64,000 nt of DNA from Burkholderiales bacterium (GCA_019745565.1 JAIESW010000023.1:17835-81834); one strand, 5' to 3'; positions 32,418 to 43,528 are shown, counted from the stretch's first letter. The notes: a model not told the origin generated them from the letters alone. A program made the numbers and translations.

Positions 32418-33452
32418 CTACTTGCGCACGAAGCGCGGCGAGCGCACGGCTTCGAGGCTGTCGGCGAGATCGGGCAGCTTGAGCGCCAGATCGGTCTCAC
32501 CCAGCTGCTTCAGGGTCGCCCCCGCGATCGCCACGGACTTGGACTTGCCGTCGAAGTACTGACCGAGCCACTTGGACGCGGTCTTGAGATCGGCGCGAAA
32601 CGTCGCCTCGTCGCGCGCCAGCAGCGCGAGGCGCGCCGACAGCAGCTTCAACTTGAGGTTCTCGCGCAGGAAGTACGCCTGCTCGGGCGCGAGCAGGGGC
32701 ACCTCGGGACTGGCCACGACGCGCACCCGCAGCAGATCCTTGAGGTCGCGCCAGTACTCGCTGGAGAGTCGCGACCAGAATCCGCCTTCGGCCATCGGTG
32801 TTCGCACCGGCGGTTCGTCGGGCCTGCCGTCCGCCGCGAGCGGCAGCGAGTCCACCGCCGCCACGAGGTTGTCGAGCTTGAGGGTGAGGCCCGGCACGTC
32901 GACCGCAGGCAGCGCCTTCAGGCGATCGATGTCGGCGTTGATCACCTTGCGCAGCGGGATCAGGCTCGGGCGATCGGCACGCGCGAGCCGCTTGTCGGCC
33001 GCTTCCAGGGCGATTAGGGCGGCGCGCACGTTGCCGGCGAGCTGCAGTTGCTGGGCCGCCGTGGTGAGGATGCCTTCCACCTCCGCCAGCACCCACTCGT
33101 CGCGATTGCGTGCGAGTTCCTGATAGAGCGCCTCCAGCGCGATGCGCTGGCTCTGGGTCTCCATCAGCCGCGCTTCGAGCATGCCCATCCGGCTTTCCAC
33201 GTCGCGCAGCGTGTTGCGCACCTGATCGGCAGTGAGCCGCGCGTCGCGACCGGTCTGATCGAGATCGCTCACCCGCTTCGCGAGATCGCCCTGCAGCTGC
33301 GAAGCTTCGCGCCGCGCTTCGCCCCATTGCCACAGCGCGATTGCGAGAGCGACCACAGCGATCACCGTAGGTACGTTGAGATGCCGGAGCAGACGCTGCC
33401 TGGCGGACGAGATCGCCGCCGGCGGAAGGGGCTGCGGGAGTTGTTCGCTCAT
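32418..33452 (-). CDS. hemX: HemX protein (uroporphyrinogen-III methyltransferase-like, membrane-anchored)
   Basis: Start MSEQLPQPL at 33452 overlaps the hemD stop (ATGA). Single TM then coiled-coil region. Position is between hemD and hemY. Confidence 0.8.
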   Translation of the reverse strand: MSEQLPQPLPPAAISSARQRLLRHLNVPTVIAVVALAIALWQWGEARREASQLQGDLAKRVSDLDQTGRDARLTADQVRNTLRDVESRMGMLEARLMETQSQRIALEALYQELARNRDEWVLAEVEGILTTAAQQLQLAGNVRAALIALEAADKRLARADRPSLIPLRKVINADIDRLKALPAVDVPGLTLKLDNLVAAVDSLPLAADGRPDEPPVRTPMAEGGFWSRLSSEYWRDLKDLLRVRVVASPEVPLLAPEQAYFLRENLKLKLLSARLALLARDEATFRADLKTASKWLGQYFDGKSKSVAIAGATLKQLGETDLALKLPDLADSLEAVRSPRFVRK

Positions 33453-34240
33453 GATCCGGCTGCCACCAGCCCGACACCGAGAAGCGCGATCAGCGCCGAC
33501 ACCATGGCGGCGTCGCCGCTCGCGCAAACGTGAACCGCCACCGCGCCACGATCCCTTGCCGCCTGTGCGATCCGCTCGTGCGGAACCACGTGCGGGAGTC
33601 GCGCGAGCGCCACCGCATCGGCGGCAAGCATCTCATACAGATTGCGGACACCTTCCGCACTCGTCGCCGTCACCGCGGCGATGGAACCACCGGCGATGCG
33701 GGCATGAACCGGCGCAACGGGAATCTCGGGGCGAACGCGTTCGTAGCAGGGCACCACGTCCACGACTGCACCGCGGCCGGCGAGTTCCGCGGCCAGCAGG
33801 TCGCGCCCGCCGACCCCGGTGAAGATGGCGACGCGGCGGCCCGACATGTCCCGCAGGGCTGCGGTGGCGAGCAGCGCTTCGCTGTCGGCACCCTGCGCCG
33901 GCACGATGACGTCGACGGCGCCGGCCGCGCGCAGCGCCGATGCCGTGCCTTCGCCCACGGCTGCCAGCCGGGTCCGAGGGGACAAGCCGCCCGCCGCGGC
34001 GAGCCGGGGCCACGCCTTCATCACGGCGTTGGCGCTCGCGAAGACGGCAAGATCGAACTCGGCACGATTCGCGACGGCGCGCTGCAGCGGTTGCGGATCG
34101 GACGCGTCGCGAATCGCGATGGTCGGGAACAATACGGGCTCGCCGCCATGGCTGCGGATCAGTTGCGCGAGCGCATCGGCCTGATGCTGGGGTCGGGTCA
34201 CGAGAACGGCCCGACCGGCGAGTTCGGCGCCGGCAGCCAT
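33449..34240 (-). CDS. hemD: Uroporphyrinogen-III synthase
   Basis: GRAVLVTRPQHQADALAQLIRSHGGEPVLFPTIAI N-terminus. 263 aa. Located downstream of hemC. Confidence 0.88.
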   Translation of the reverse strand: MAAGAELAGRAVLVTRPQHQADALAQLIRSHGGEPVLFPTIAIRDASDPQPLQRAVANRAEFDLAVFASANAVMKAWPRLAAAGGLSPRTRLAAVGEGTASALRAAGAVDVIVPAQGADSEALLATAALRDMSGRRVAIFTGVGGRDLLAAELAGRGAVVDVVPCYERVRPEIPVAPVHARIAGGSIAAVTATSAEGVRNLYEMLAADAVALARLPHVVPHERIAQAARDRGAVAVHVCASGDAAMVSALIALLGVGLVAAGS

Positions 34241-35188
34241 TCAGGCCACACCCTCGAGAGCGCTCAGGATCTCGCGGGCCCCCGCGGCCGCGAGCCGGTC
34301 GGCGATCTCCTGGCCGAGCGGTTCCGCGCCTTCGGGCACATGGGCCGCCTCGCCGGTCGCCCGGGCCATGCGCGACCCGTCGGGGCTCGCGACGAACCCG
34401 CGCATGGAGGCGCGCCCGTCGGCGATCGTGGCGAACGCGCCGAGCGGTACCGTGCAATTGCCCCCCAGGCTGCGACTCACGGCACGTTCGGCTCGAACGC
34501 ACCATGCCGTGTCCGCGTGGTTCAGCGTCTGCAGCAACCCCACCAGATCGGCGCGATCCGCCCGACACTCGATGCCGATTGCACCCTGACCCACGGCCGG
34601 GATGCTTTCCTCGGGCGTCAGCAGGCCCGCGATGCGCGCCTCCAGGCCGAGCCGCTTCAGTCCGGCGGCAGCCAGGATCACGGCGTCGTACTGCCCCTCG
34701 TCCAGCTTGCGCAGGCGAGTCTGCACGTTGCCGCGCAGGGATTCGATGCGAAGTTGCGGAAACCGCGCGCGGATCTGGCTTTCGCGGCGTTGGCTCGAGG
34801 TGCCCACGACCGCGCCGGGCGGCAGTTCGCTCAAGCCGCGATGGCGGTTCGAGACGAACGCGTCGCGCGGGTCCTCGCGCTCACCGATGGCGGCGATGAC
34901 GAAACCGGGCGGCAGGTTCACCGGCACGTCCTTCATCGAATGCACGGCGATGTCGGCCCGGCCGTGCAGCAGGGCGTCCTCGAGTTCCTTCACGAAGAGC
35001 CCCTTGCCGCCGATCTTGGCAAGCGAGGTGCCGAGCTTGCGGTCGCCTTCCGTCGTCATTCCCAGCAGTTCCACCTGCAGGCCGGGGTGCGCCCGGGCGA
35101 GGCGCGCGCGGATGTGCTCAGCCTGCCAGAGCGCGAGGGCGCTCTCGCGCGTGGCGATGACGATGCGATCGGGGGTGACGGCAGGCAC
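34241..35188 (-). CDS. hemC: Hydroxymethylbilane synthase (porphobilinogen deaminase)
   Basis: GTG start at 35188, 7 nt after AGGAG ([25 protein letters not shown]). [10 protein letters not shown] motif. The longer track ORF lacks an RBS and adds a non-homologous N-terminus. Confidence 0.93.
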   Translation of the reverse strand: MPAVTPDRIVIATRESALALWQAEHIRARLARAHPGLQVELLGMTTEGDRKLGTSLAKIGGKGLFVKELEDALLHGRADIAVHSMKDVPVNLPPGFVIAAIGEREDPRDAFVSNRHRGLSELPPGAVVGTSSQRRESQIRARFPQLRIESLRGNVQTRLRKLDEGQYDAVILAAAGLKRLGLEARIAGLLTPEESIPAVGQGAIGIECRADRADLVGLLQTLNHADTAWCVRAERAVSRSLGGNCTVPLGAFATIADGRASMRGFVASPDGSRMARATGEAAHVPEGAEPLGQEIADRLAAAGAREILSALEGVA

Positions 35189-35338
35189 GGTCGAACTCCT
35201 ACGACGACAACGGAATTCTAACAGTCGGGGTGTGCCGTCGCGGGGTGGACCTGTCAAAGCCGAACCACGGAGGCGGCACGGAGAAGAACTTGCCGGGTTT
35301 CCCCCTGCCCCCGGCGTTCTCCGTGGCAAAGACGGCTT

Positions 35339-36106
35339 CTAGAGCAGGCTTTTCCCGAACTCGCGCACCACGTGAGCTTGCCGACGCGACACGGGCAGCT
35401 TCTCGTCGATGCCCTTCAGCACGGCCACCCAGCCACCCTCGCCATCTTCCGCCGCCTTCTCGAAACCGGCCAGGTGTGCTTTCGCGACCAGACAGCTGCG
35501 ATGGATGCGCACGAACGCGCTCGCGAACTCCTGTTCGAGGCGCGACAGCGATTCCTCCAGCAGCAGTTCGCGCTCGCGCGTGCGGATCGATACGTACTTG
35601 AGCTCGGCCCGCAGATAGACGATGTCCGGCACCGGCACGAGGATCACGCGCCCGCGCTCCTGCACCGAGAGATGGGTGCGGGCTTCCGGTGCCAGTTCCT
35701 TCAGCACGTCCAGCCGCAACGGCGTGAGCGCGCGCGCGCGGCTGATGGCATCGAACAGCCGTCGCAGCCGGATGGGCTTCAGCAGGTAGTCCACCGCGTG
35801 CAACTCGAAGGCCTTCACGGCGTACGCGTCGAACGCGGTGGTGAAGATGATCCTGGGCGGCTCCGGCAGCTTCTGCAGATGCTGCGCAGCCTCGAGCCCG
35901 TCCATCTCGGGCATGCGGATGTCGAGCAGCACCACGTCCGCCTCGCGTTCCTGCAGCAACTCGATCAGCTCGCGGCCGTTCGCGGCCTCGCCAACCAGTT
36001 CGATCGGCAGCGTCGCAGCGCAGTCCTGCAGCAGGTCGCGCATGCGGCTGCGCGCCGGCACTTCGTCATCCGTAATGACCACGCGCAGCGCCTGCGGGTG
36101 GCTCAC
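35339..36106 (-). CDS. algR: LytTR-family response regulator (AlgR-like)
   Basis: GTG start overlaps the kinase stop (GTGA). REC domain (VVITDDE...DVVLLDIRMPEMDG...LLKP) plus C-terminal LytTR domain. Position between fimS and hemC as in Pseudomonas aeruginosa. Confidence 0.85.
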   Translation of the reverse strand: MSHPQALRVVITDDEVPARSRMRDLLQDCAATLPIELVGEAANGRELIELLQEREADVVLLDIRMPEMDGLEAAQHLQKLPEPPRIIFTTAFDAYAVKAFELHAVDYLLKPIRLRRLFDAISRARALTPLRLDVLKELAPEARTHLSVQERGRVILVPVPDIVYLRAELKYVSIRTRERELLLEESLSRLEQEFASAFVRIHRSCLVAKAHLAGFEKAAEDGEGGWVAVLKGIDEKLPVSRRQAHVVREFGKSLL

Positions 36107-37131
36107 GGCTGCTCTCCCGGCGTCTTCTCGTTCACGTAAGGCACACGGATGTGTACGACATAGGTATTGTCCTCCACCCGCGACTCCAGTCGACCCTCCG
36201 CGTCGAAATGCAGGGCGAGGCGCTCGCGGATGTTGCCGAGCGCCATCTTGTTGCCGGCGTGATGTCGGCCCTCCTTGCGATAGGGGTTGCGCAGCACGAT
36301 GTGCACCTCGCCGCGGATCTGATAGATGTTGATGCTCACCACGCCGGGGTCGGGCGAGGGTTCGATGCCGTGGTAGACGGCGTTCTCGAGCAGCGGCTGC
36401 AGCACCAGCGGCGGCACCATCGCGTCGCGCGGCATGTTGTCCACGTGCCACTCGATGCGCAACCGGTCGCCGAGACGCAACTGCTCCAGATCGAGGTACT
36501 GACGGCACAACTGCACCTCGTCGGCGAGCGGCGCCAGATCGCGGTTGTCGGCCATCAGCACGCGGAACAGGTCGGCCATGTCCTCGAGCGCGGCTTCGGC
36601 ACGCTTCGGCTCGGCGCGCACCAGCGACAGCACGGCATTGATGCTGTTGAACAGGAAGTGCGGCCGGATGCGGGCCTGCAGCGCCTGCAATCGGGCTTCG
36701 GTCAGCGCCGGCGAGAGGGCACGGCTGCGCAGGAAGAAATAGAAGAGCACCAGCGCCGTCGCGATCCAGGCGATGAAAAGCGGCCGGTCGAGGGGACCGG
36801 GCTCGACGTCCAGGATGTCCGCGCCCACCCGATGCGCGAGGACCGTGATGCCGGTCACGATCGCGAACACCGCAGCCACGCCCCACCGGTAGTCGAAGCG
36901 CTGCAGCCAGGGGCTCGTCACGCTGAGCGCCACCAGGCACAGCACCAGCGTAGGCTGTACCCGCAGGGATGCGATGGAGAAGTCCTCCACGACCTTGCGC
37001 CACTCGTCGGTGCGCAGCACCACCGCGACGAACGACAGGAACGTCACGATGAGGAGGATCCGCAGCCACACCCCGAGATTGAGGAAGTCGGGCAGACGGT
37101 CCGGGTACCGGTTCTGATTTATACTCGCCAT
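36103..37131 (-). CDS. fimS: LytS-type sensor histidine kinase (FimS/AlgZ-like)
   Basis: Start MASINQNRYP at 37131 after GGAAGG. Four or so TM segments. RPHFLFNSINAVLSLV (His_kinase). LQPLLENAVYHGI (HATPase). Confidence 0.8.
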   Translation of the reverse strand: MASINQNRYPDRLPDFLNLGVWLRILLIVTFLSFVAVVLRTDEWRKVVEDFSIASLRVQPTLVLCLVALSVTSPWLQRFDYRWGVAAVFAIVTGITVLAHRVGADILDVEPGPLDRPLFIAWIATALVLFYFFLRSRALSPALTEARLQALQARIRPHFLFNSINAVLSLVRAEPKRAEAALEDMADLFRVLMADNRDLAPLADEVQLCRQYLDLEQLRLGDRLRIEWHVDNMPRDAMVPPLVLQPLLENAVYHGIEPSPDPGVVSINIYQIRGEVHIVLRNPYRKEGRHHAGNKMALGNIRERLALHFDAEGRLESRVEDNTYVVHIRVPYVNEKTPGEQP

Positions 37132-37241
37132 CCTTCCGAAGTCCAGACTTGGCGCGGGTTTCCGAGGACTGCCGCGGTCGCCGCGAGGGCCCGCGCGCGT
37201 GAGTCCTGCCGGCAGCGCGCATGCGCGCATCATGATCACCG

Positions 37242-38666
37242 ATGAATTCTGAGCAAGGCCCCCACGGCCCGCAACCCGCCCCCGCCGCCGGCACCTGGTC
37301 CGGCCGTTTCACTGAAGCCGTGGACGAGCGCGTCAAACGCTTTACGGCATCGGTGGGCTTCGACTGCAGGCTGGCGCGGTACGACATCGAGGGTTCGCTC
37401 GCACACGCACGCATGCTTCGTGCCGTCGGCGTCCTGTCGGCACAGGATCTGGCCGACATCGAACGCGGCCTCGCCCGAATCGGGGCCGACATCGAGGCCG
37501 GGCGGTTCGTCTGGTCGATCGACCTCGAGGACGTGCACCTCAACATCGAAAGACGCCTGACCGAGCTGGTGGGCGACGCCGGCAAGCGCCTGCACACCGG
37601 CCGCTCGCGCAACGACCAGGTCGCCACCGACATCCGCCTGTATCTGCGCGCGGCCATCGACGACTGCATCGCGCTGGTCCGCGACCTGCAGCGGGCACTG
37701 GTCGACCTGGCCGAGCAGCATGCCGACACGATCATGCCCGGCTTCACCCATCTGCAGGTGGCGCAGCCGGTCACGTTCGGCCATCACCTCATGGCCTACT
37801 ACGAGATGCTCGCCCGCGACGCCGGGCGGCTGCGCGATGCGCGCGTGCGCGTCAACCGTCTTCCCCTCGGCGCCGCGGCCCTGGCCGGCACCAGCTATCC
37901 CATCGACCGCGAGCAGGTGGCGCGCACGCTCGGCTTCGATGGCATCTGCGCCAATTCGCTGGACGCGGTGTCCGATCGCGACTTCGCGATCGAGTTCTGC
38001 GCCGCCGCCGCGCTCGTGATGACGCACCTGTCGCGCCTCGCCGAGGAGCTGATCCTCTGGATGAGTCCGCGCTTCGGATTCATCGACATCGCCGACCGCT
38101 TCTGCACCGGCTCGTCGATCATGCCGCAGAAGAAGAACCCGGACGTGCCGGAACTGGTGCGCGGCAAGACGGGCCGGGTGAACGGCCATCTGGTGGCACT
38201 GCTCACGCTGATGAAGTCGCAGCCGCTCGCGTACAACAAGGACAACCAGGAAGACAAGGAACCGCTGTTCGACACCGTCGACACGCTCACCGATGCGCTC
38301 GCGATCTTCGCGGCGATGATGCGCGGCATCACGGTGAACGCCGCCGCCATGCGCGCCGCCGCGCTCCAGGGCTTCTCCACGGCCACCGACCTCGCGGACT
38401 ATCTGGTGAAGCGCGGCCTGCCGTTTCGCGAAGCCCACGAAGCCGTGGCCCGCGCCGTGCGCCATGCCGCCGATGCCGGCGTCGATCTGGCGGAACTGCC
38501 GCTCGACACGCTGCGCCAGTTCTCGTCGCTCGTCAGCGAGGACGTCTACGCGGTGCTCACCCTGGAGGGGTCGATCGCCAGCCGATCCCATCCCGGAGGG
38601 ACGGCACCGGCCCAGGTGCGCGCCGCGATCGCTGTCGCGCGCGCCGCGCTGCACCAGCCGGCGTGA
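37242..38666 (+). CDS. argH: Argininosuccinate lyase
   Basis: WSGRF..., [28 protein letters not shown] signature. Confidence 0.96.
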   Translation: MNSEQGPHGPQPAPAAGTWSGRFTEAVDERVKRFTASVGFDCRLARYDIEGSLAHARMLRAVGVLSAQDLADIERGLARIGADIEAGRFVWSIDLEDVHLNIERRLTELVGDAGKRLHTGRSRNDQVATDIRLYLRAAIDDCIALVRDLQRALVDLAEQHADTIMPGFTHLQVAQPVTFGHHLMAYYEMLARDAGRLRDARVRVNRLPLGAAALAGTSYPIDREQVARTLGFDGICANSLDAVSDRDFAIEFCAAAALVMTHLSRLAEELILWMSPRFGFIDIADRFCTGSSIMPQKKNPDVPELVRGKTGRVNGHLVALLTLMKSQPLAYNKDNQEDKEPLFDTVDTLTDALAIFAAMMRGITVNAAAMRAAALQGFSTATDLADYLVKRGLPFREAHEAVARAVRHAADAGVDLAELPLDTLRQFSSLVSEDVYAVLTLEGSIASRSHPGGTAPAQVRAAIAVARAALHQPA

Positions 38667-39436
38667 GCCTGGCGCTGCCGGCGCTGTTCTCCCTCGAGGG
38701 TCGCGTGGCCCTCGTCACCGGCGGCAACTCGGGTCTCGGCAAGGCCATCGCGCTGGCCCTGGCCGAGGCCGGCGCCAACGTGGTCCTGCTGGCACGTGAC
38801 CGCGCCCGGCTCGAGGAGACCGCCCGGGACATCGAAGCACTCGGTCGCGGCGTTGCCTGGTTCGACTGCGACCTGGCCGACCGCAGCACATTGAGCGACG
38901 CCGCCGTGCGCGCGGCGAAGCCCTTCGGCGCGCCGGACATCCTGGTCAACGCCGCCGGCGTCAACCGGCGGCCACCGCTGTCGCAACTCACCCTGGACGA
39001 CTGGGACGTCACGCTGCGCCTCAATCTGGACACCCCGCATTTCCTCGCCCAGGCGCTGGTGCCGGCGATGATCGCGCGCGGCTGGGGCCGCATCATCAAC
39101 CTCGCTTCGCTGCAGTCGATCCGCTCGTTCAACAACAGCGGTGCGTATGGCGTATCGAAGGCCGGCCTGGCGCAGTTGACGCGGGTCCAGGCCGAAGCCT
39201 GGTCGGGCCAGGGCATCAACAGCAACGCCATCGCCCCCGGCTTCTTCCGCACGCCGCTCACGCGCGCGGTCTTCGACGATCCGCAGAAGGCTGCGGCACT
39301 GGCCGCCCGTACGATGATCGGGCGCAACGGCGAGTTGGACGACGTCCGGGGTCTGGCGGTGTTCCTGGCATCGCGCGCTTCCGACTACATCACGGGACAG
39401 GTGATCTTCCTCGACGGCGGTTTCTCCGCCGGCTGA
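38663..39436 (+). CDS. Short-chain dehydrogenase/reductase (classical SDR)
   Basis: GTG start overlaps the argH stop (GTGA). [18 protein letters not shown] catalytic motif. Confidence 0.85.
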   Translation: MSLALPALFSLEGRVALVTGGNSGLGKAIALALAEAGANVVLLARDRARLEETARDIEALGRGVAWFDCDLADRSTLSDAAVRAAKPFGAPDILVNAAGVNRRPPLSQLTLDDWDVTLRLNLDTPHFLAQALVPAMIARGWGRIINLASLQSIRSFNNSGAYGVSKAGLAQLTRVQAEAWSGQGINSNAIAPGFFRTPLTRAVFDDPQKAAALAARTMIGRNGELDDVRGLAVFLASRASDYITGQVIFLDGGFSAG

Positions 39437-39541
39437 GCCCCGTTTCGCGTTGCCCGAATCGCGCCGGACTGCTAGATTCGGCGTCCCTCGCGGGCCAGTC
39501 GCACGACTTCCGCGACAACGATTCGAAATGAGGGAGGAGCC

Positions 39542-40888
39542 ATGAAGATCGGGACCGTTCTGCGCGGCTGCGTAGCCATCACCGCCGCGCTCGGGATCAG
39601 CCTGGCGGCGCAGGCCCAGGACAAGAAGACCAGCATCAAGGTCGGCTTCGTGACCTTCCTGTCCGGCCCGGCGGCCGGACCGTTCGGCGTGCCGGCGAAG
39701 GTGGCCGCCGAAGCCATCGTCGAATCGCTCAACGCCGGCAAGGCTCCGCCGCCCTACCAGACCAAGGGCATCGGCGGCCTGCCGATCGAGATGGTCATCA
39801 TCGACGAGGCCGGCGGCGCCACCAAGCAGGTGAGCGAGTACCGCACCCTCGTGCAGCGTCAGGACGTCGACGTGGTGATCGGCTACATCGGCAGCGGCGA
39901 CTGCCTCGCCGTGGCGCCGGTGGCCGAGGAGCTGAAGAAGCTCACCGTCCTGCTCGACTGCGGCACCCCGCGCGTCTTCGAGGACGCCTCCTACAAGTAC
40001 GTCTTCCGGACCCGCCCGCACGCGACCATGGACGCGGTGGCCGCCACGATGTATCTGCTGGACAACCGTCCCGCCGTCAAACGTGTCTCCGGGATCAACC
40101 AGAACTACGCCTACGGCCAGGATTCCTGGAACGACTTCGAGGCCACCATCAAGACCCTGAAGCCGGCGGTGGAGATCATCTCCTCGCAGATGCCCAAGTT
40201 CGGCGCCGGCCAGTACGGCGCGGAGATCTCGGCGCTGATCTCGTCGGCTCCGGACGTCATCCATTCGAGCCTGTGGGGCGGCGATCTCGAGGCATTCATG
40301 CTGCAGGCCCAGCCGCGCGACCTGTTCAAGTCCTCCCAGCTGGTGCTGGTCGCGGGCGAACCCTACCTGCACCGCCTGCCCGGCAAGATCCCCGACGGCA
40401 CCATCGTCGGTGCGCGCGGCACCAACGGCGTGTTCGCGCCGGACTCGCCCTTCAAGCGCTGGCTGGTGGAGATCTACAAGGCCAAGGCCAACCTCGATCC
40501 CAACTACCCTGCCTACAGCACTGCCCAGGCCTTCCTCGGCCTCAAGGCGGCGTACGAAAAGGCGATGCGCGACAAGATCAGCTCGGCGATCCCCATGGGG
40601 GCGGCCAAGAACGTGAAGGAAGAGATGGAGAAGGCCTACTCGCCGCCGAACCAGGAGGAGATCATCGCCGCCTTCGAGAAGCTCACCTTCGACAGCCCGT
40701 CGGGCAAGGTGAAGATGACCCTGGGCAAGGGCCATCAGGCGGTGATGGGCACGGCCTACGGCACCACGCGCTTCGAGAACGGCGTGGTGAAGGTGGGCAA
40801 CATCAAGTACTACGACGCGGAGCGTGTCACGCCACCGGAGGGTGTCACCTCGCTCGACTGGATCAAGTCGGGCTTCAAGCGACCCTGA
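39542..40888 (+). CDS. ABC transporter periplasmic substrate-binding protein (Leu/Ile/Val-binding protein superfamily)
   Basis: Signal peptide MKIGTVLRGCVAITAALGISLAAQA. 448 aa. Followed by LivHMGF-type genes. Confidence 0.8.
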   Translation: MKIGTVLRGCVAITAALGISLAAQAQDKKTSIKVGFVTFLSGPAAGPFGVPAKVAAEAIVESLNAGKAPPPYQTKGIGGLPIEMVIIDEAGGATKQVSEYRTLVQRQDVDVVIGYIGSGDCLAVAPVAEELKKLTVLLDCGTPRVFEDASYKYVFRTRPHATMDAVAATMYLLDNRPAVKRVSGINQNYAYGQDSWNDFEATIKTLKPAVEIISSQMPKFGAGQYGAEISALISSAPDVIHSSLWGGDLEAFMLQAQPRDLFKSSQLVLVAGEPYLHRLPGKIPDGTIVGARGTNGVFAPDSPFKRWLVEIYKAKANLDPNYPAYSTAQAFLGLKAAYEKAMRDKISSAIPMGAAKNVKEEMEKAYSPPNQEEIIAAFEKLTFDSPSGKVKMTLGKGHQAVMGTAYGTTRFENGVVKVGNIKYYDAERVTPPEGVTSLDWIKSGFKRP

Positions 40889-40916
40889 CCCGCGCCACAC
40901 CAGCACTGCCGCACCC

Positions 40917-41828
40917 ATGAACCAGCTGTTCGCCGTCCTGATCGACGGCATCGTCTACGCGTCCTGGTTGTTCATCATCGCGGTGGGGCTCACGCTCATC
41001 TACGGCGTGATGAAGATCCTCAACATCGCGCACGGCAGTCTGTACGCGCTCGGCGCGTTCACCGCCGTGTCGTTCTGCAGCGCGTGGTTCAACCACAACT
41101 ACGCGGCCGCCGGCAGCTTCGCGATGCTCGCCGCGGCTGCGGTCGTAGTCGGGCTGATCTTCGGCCCGCTGATTGAACGTGGGCTGCTGCGCTTCATGTA
41201 CGGCAAGGACGAGGTGGTGCTGGTGCTGGTCACGTACGCGCTGTTCCTGATCCTCGAGGACGTGATCAAGCTGGTGTGGGGCGTGGATCCGCTACTGGTG
41301 CAGGGGCCGAACGGCGAAACGCCCTACTCGGTGCTGGGCAACTTCGAGGCGAGCGGACTCAGCTATCCCTACTACAACCTGGTGCTGGTCGGCGTGGCGG
41401 TGGCCACCGGCGCCGCACTCACCTGGGTGCTCACCCGCACCCGCAACGGCAAGCTGCTGATCGCCGTCATCCACGACCGCGAGATGAGCGCCGCCATGGG
41501 CATCGACGTGGGTCGCACCTACTTCGTCACGTTCACCGTCGGTGCGATGCTCGCGGCCGTCGGCGGGGCGCTGACCGCGCCGACCGTGTCGGTGGTGACC
41601 GGCATGGGCGCCGAGGTGATCGTGATGGCCTTCGCCGTGGTGGTGATCGGCGGCCTCGGCAGCCTGCCCGGCGCCGCGCTGGGCGCGTTCATCGTGGGCA
41701 TGGTGCGGGCAGCGTCGATCCACTACAAGCCGGAACTGGAGCTCTTCAGCGTCTATCTCGTGATGGCCGTCGTCCTGATCGTGCGGCCCAAGGGGCTGTT
41801 CAGCGGCGCCGAGGTGCGCAAGATATGA
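40917..41828 (+). CDS. Branched-chain amino acid-type ABC transporter permease (LivH family)
   Basis: Start MNQLFAVLIDGIVYASWLF. Polytopic membrane protein. GVMKILNIAHGSLYALGAF is typical of LivH. Confidence 0.85.
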   Translation: MNQLFAVLIDGIVYASWLFIIAVGLTLIYGVMKILNIAHGSLYALGAFTAVSFCSAWFNHNYAAAGSFAMLAAAAVVVGLIFGPLIERGLLRFMYGKDEVVLVLVTYALFLILEDVIKLVWGVDPLLVQGPNGETPYSVLGNFEASGLSYPYYNLVLVGVAVATGAALTWVLTRTRNGKLLIAVIHDREMSAAMGIDVGRTYFVTFTVGAMLAAVGGALTAPTVSVVTGMGAEVIVMAFAVVVIGGLGSLPGAALGAFIVGMVRAASIHYKPELELFSVYLVMAVVLIVRPKGLFSGAEVRKI

Positions 41829-42760
41829 AGCTCGACCGCACGTCCATCGCGATCGTCGTGATCACGGTGGCACTGCTGGCGGCCGCCCCGGCGCTGCCGC
41901 GGTGGGCCATGTCGCTCCTCAACGTATCGCTCTGCTACGGCACGGTGGTGCTCGGCATGATGCTGCTGATGCGCACCGGCCTGGTGTCGTTCGGGCACGG
42001 CCTCTACTACTGCCTCGGCGCGTATGCCGCCGGCACGGTGGACCAGATGTTGAAGATCCCCGACATGGCGCTCATGGTGCTCGCCGGTGCCGCCGCCACC
42101 GGGATCGTCGCCGCCATCCTCGGCCTTCTGCTGGCGCGCTATCGCGACATCTTCTTCGCGATGCTGTCGCTCGCGTTCTCCATGATCCTGTACGGACTGC
42201 TGGTGAAGTCCTCCGCACTCGGCTCCACCGACGGCTTCAACATCTCCGCCAAGAGCATCTTCGGCATCGCGGTGGTGGACAACGCCCATCGCTACGCGAC
42301 GTTCGGCATCACGGTGGTGCTCACCATGCTGTCCGCCTTCCTGCTGAACCGCTATCTGCGCTCGCATCGTGGGCGGCTCGCCGAAGCCATCCGCGACAAC
42401 GAACTGCGTGTCGAATACATGGGGGCCTCGGTGCGCACCACCATCCACCTGCATTACGTGATCTCGGCCGTGCTGGCCGGCATCGGCGGCGCGCTGATGG
42501 CGATCAACATCGGCCACATCGACCCCGAGATGACGTACTGGCCGCAATCAGGCGAGTTCGTGTTCATCGCCATCCTCTCCGGCACCGGCAACGTGTTCGC
42601 CCCGATCGGTGGCGCGCTGGTGTTCGAGACCATCCGCAGCTTCGCCTACGAATACTCGCCCAACACCTGGCAGATGGTGCTGGGCATCACGATGCTGATC
42701 GTGATGATCTTCCTGCCGGGCGGCCTCTGGTCACTCCTGCAGCGCCGCAAGCCGGCCTAG
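41825..42760 (+). CDS. Branched-chain amino acid-type ABC transporter permease (LivM family)
   Basis: ATG overlaps the upstream stop (ATGA). Polytopic. GLVSFGHGLYYCLGAY motif. Confidence 0.85.
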   Translation: MKLDRTSIAIVVITVALLAAAPALPRWAMSLLNVSLCYGTVVLGMMLLMRTGLVSFGHGLYYCLGAYAAGTVDQMLKIPDMALMVLAGAAATGIVAAILGLLLARYRDIFFAMLSLAFSMILYGLLVKSSALGSTDGFNISAKSIFGIAVVDNAHRYATFGITVVLTMLSAFLLNRYLRSHRGRLAEAIRDNELRVEYMGASVRTTIHLHYVISAVLAGIGGALMAINIGHIDPEMTYWPQSGEFVFIAILSGTGNVFAPIGGALVFETIRSFAYEYSPNTWQMVLGITMLIVMIFLPGGLWSLLQRRKPA

Positions 42761-42775
42761 GACCGCCGTCGAACC

Positions 42776-43528
42776 ATGGCCACCATCCTCCATGCCAAGG
42801 GCTTGAACAAGAGCTTCGGCGCCGTCACCGCGGCGAACGACATCAACGTCGCCGTCGAGCAGGATTCCGTCGTCGGCTTGATCGGCTCCAATGGCGCCGG
42901 CAAGACCACGTTCATCAACATGGTCACCGGATATCTCAAGCCCACCACCGGCTCGATCCATTTCGAGGGGCGCGACATCACGTCGCTCAAGCCGCGCCAG
43001 ATCACCCAACTCGGCATCTGCCGCTCGTTCCAGATTCCGCAGCTCTACAACACCATGACGGTGGCCGAGAACCTGATGGTGGGCGTGGGCATCGTCGCTT
43101 CCTCCGGGGCCCGCTGGGCCAAGTCGAACCGCCTCGACGTCGCGCCGGAGCAGGCGGTGGAGGCGATGCTCGAACAATTCGGCCTCGGCGACTATCGCAA
43201 CCGGCAATCGGGCCTGCTGCCCGAGGGCACGCGCAAGCTGCTCGACATCGCCATGGCCATGGTGGTGCGCCCGCGCATCCTGCTGCTCGACGAGCCTACC
43301 AGCGGCGTGTCGGCCGACGAGAAGTTCGTCCTGATGGACCGCGTGATGGCGGCGGTGCGCGAAGGCAAGGTCACGGTGCTGTTCGTCGAGCACGACATGG
43401 AGGTGGTGGAGCGCTACACCCATCGCATCCTCGCCTTCTACGAAGGCCGCATCATCGCCGACGGCGAACCGGCCAAGGTGCTCGACGACGTCGAGGTGCG
43501 CAAGTACGTCATCGGTGAGGCGCACTAG
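42776..43528 (+). CDS. ABC transporter ATP-binding protein (LivG family)
   Basis: Walker A GSNGAGKTT, signature LPEGTRKLLD, Walker B ILLLDEP. Confidence 0.9.
   Translation: MATILHAKGLNKSFGAVTAANDINVAVEQDSVVGLIGSNGAGKTTFINMVTGYLKPTTGSIHFEGRDITSLKPRQITQLGICRSFQIPQLYNTMTVAENLMVGVGIVASSGARWAKSNRLDVAPEQAVEAMLEQFGLGDYRNRQSGLLPEGTRKLLDIAMAMVVRPRILLLDEPTSGVSADEKFVLMDRVMAAVREGKVTVLFVEHDMEVVERYTHRILAFYEGRIIADGEPAKVLDDVEVRKYVIGEAH

Noticed and set aside
35339-37774. 811-aa ORF apparently fusing the response regulator with a long N-terminal extension
   Set aside because: Only the C-terminal 255 aa (REC + LytTR) look real. The extension overlaps the histidine-kinase gene and the argH 5' end in other frames. 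A GTG start with GTGA coupling at 36106 gives a normal-length AlgR-like protein.
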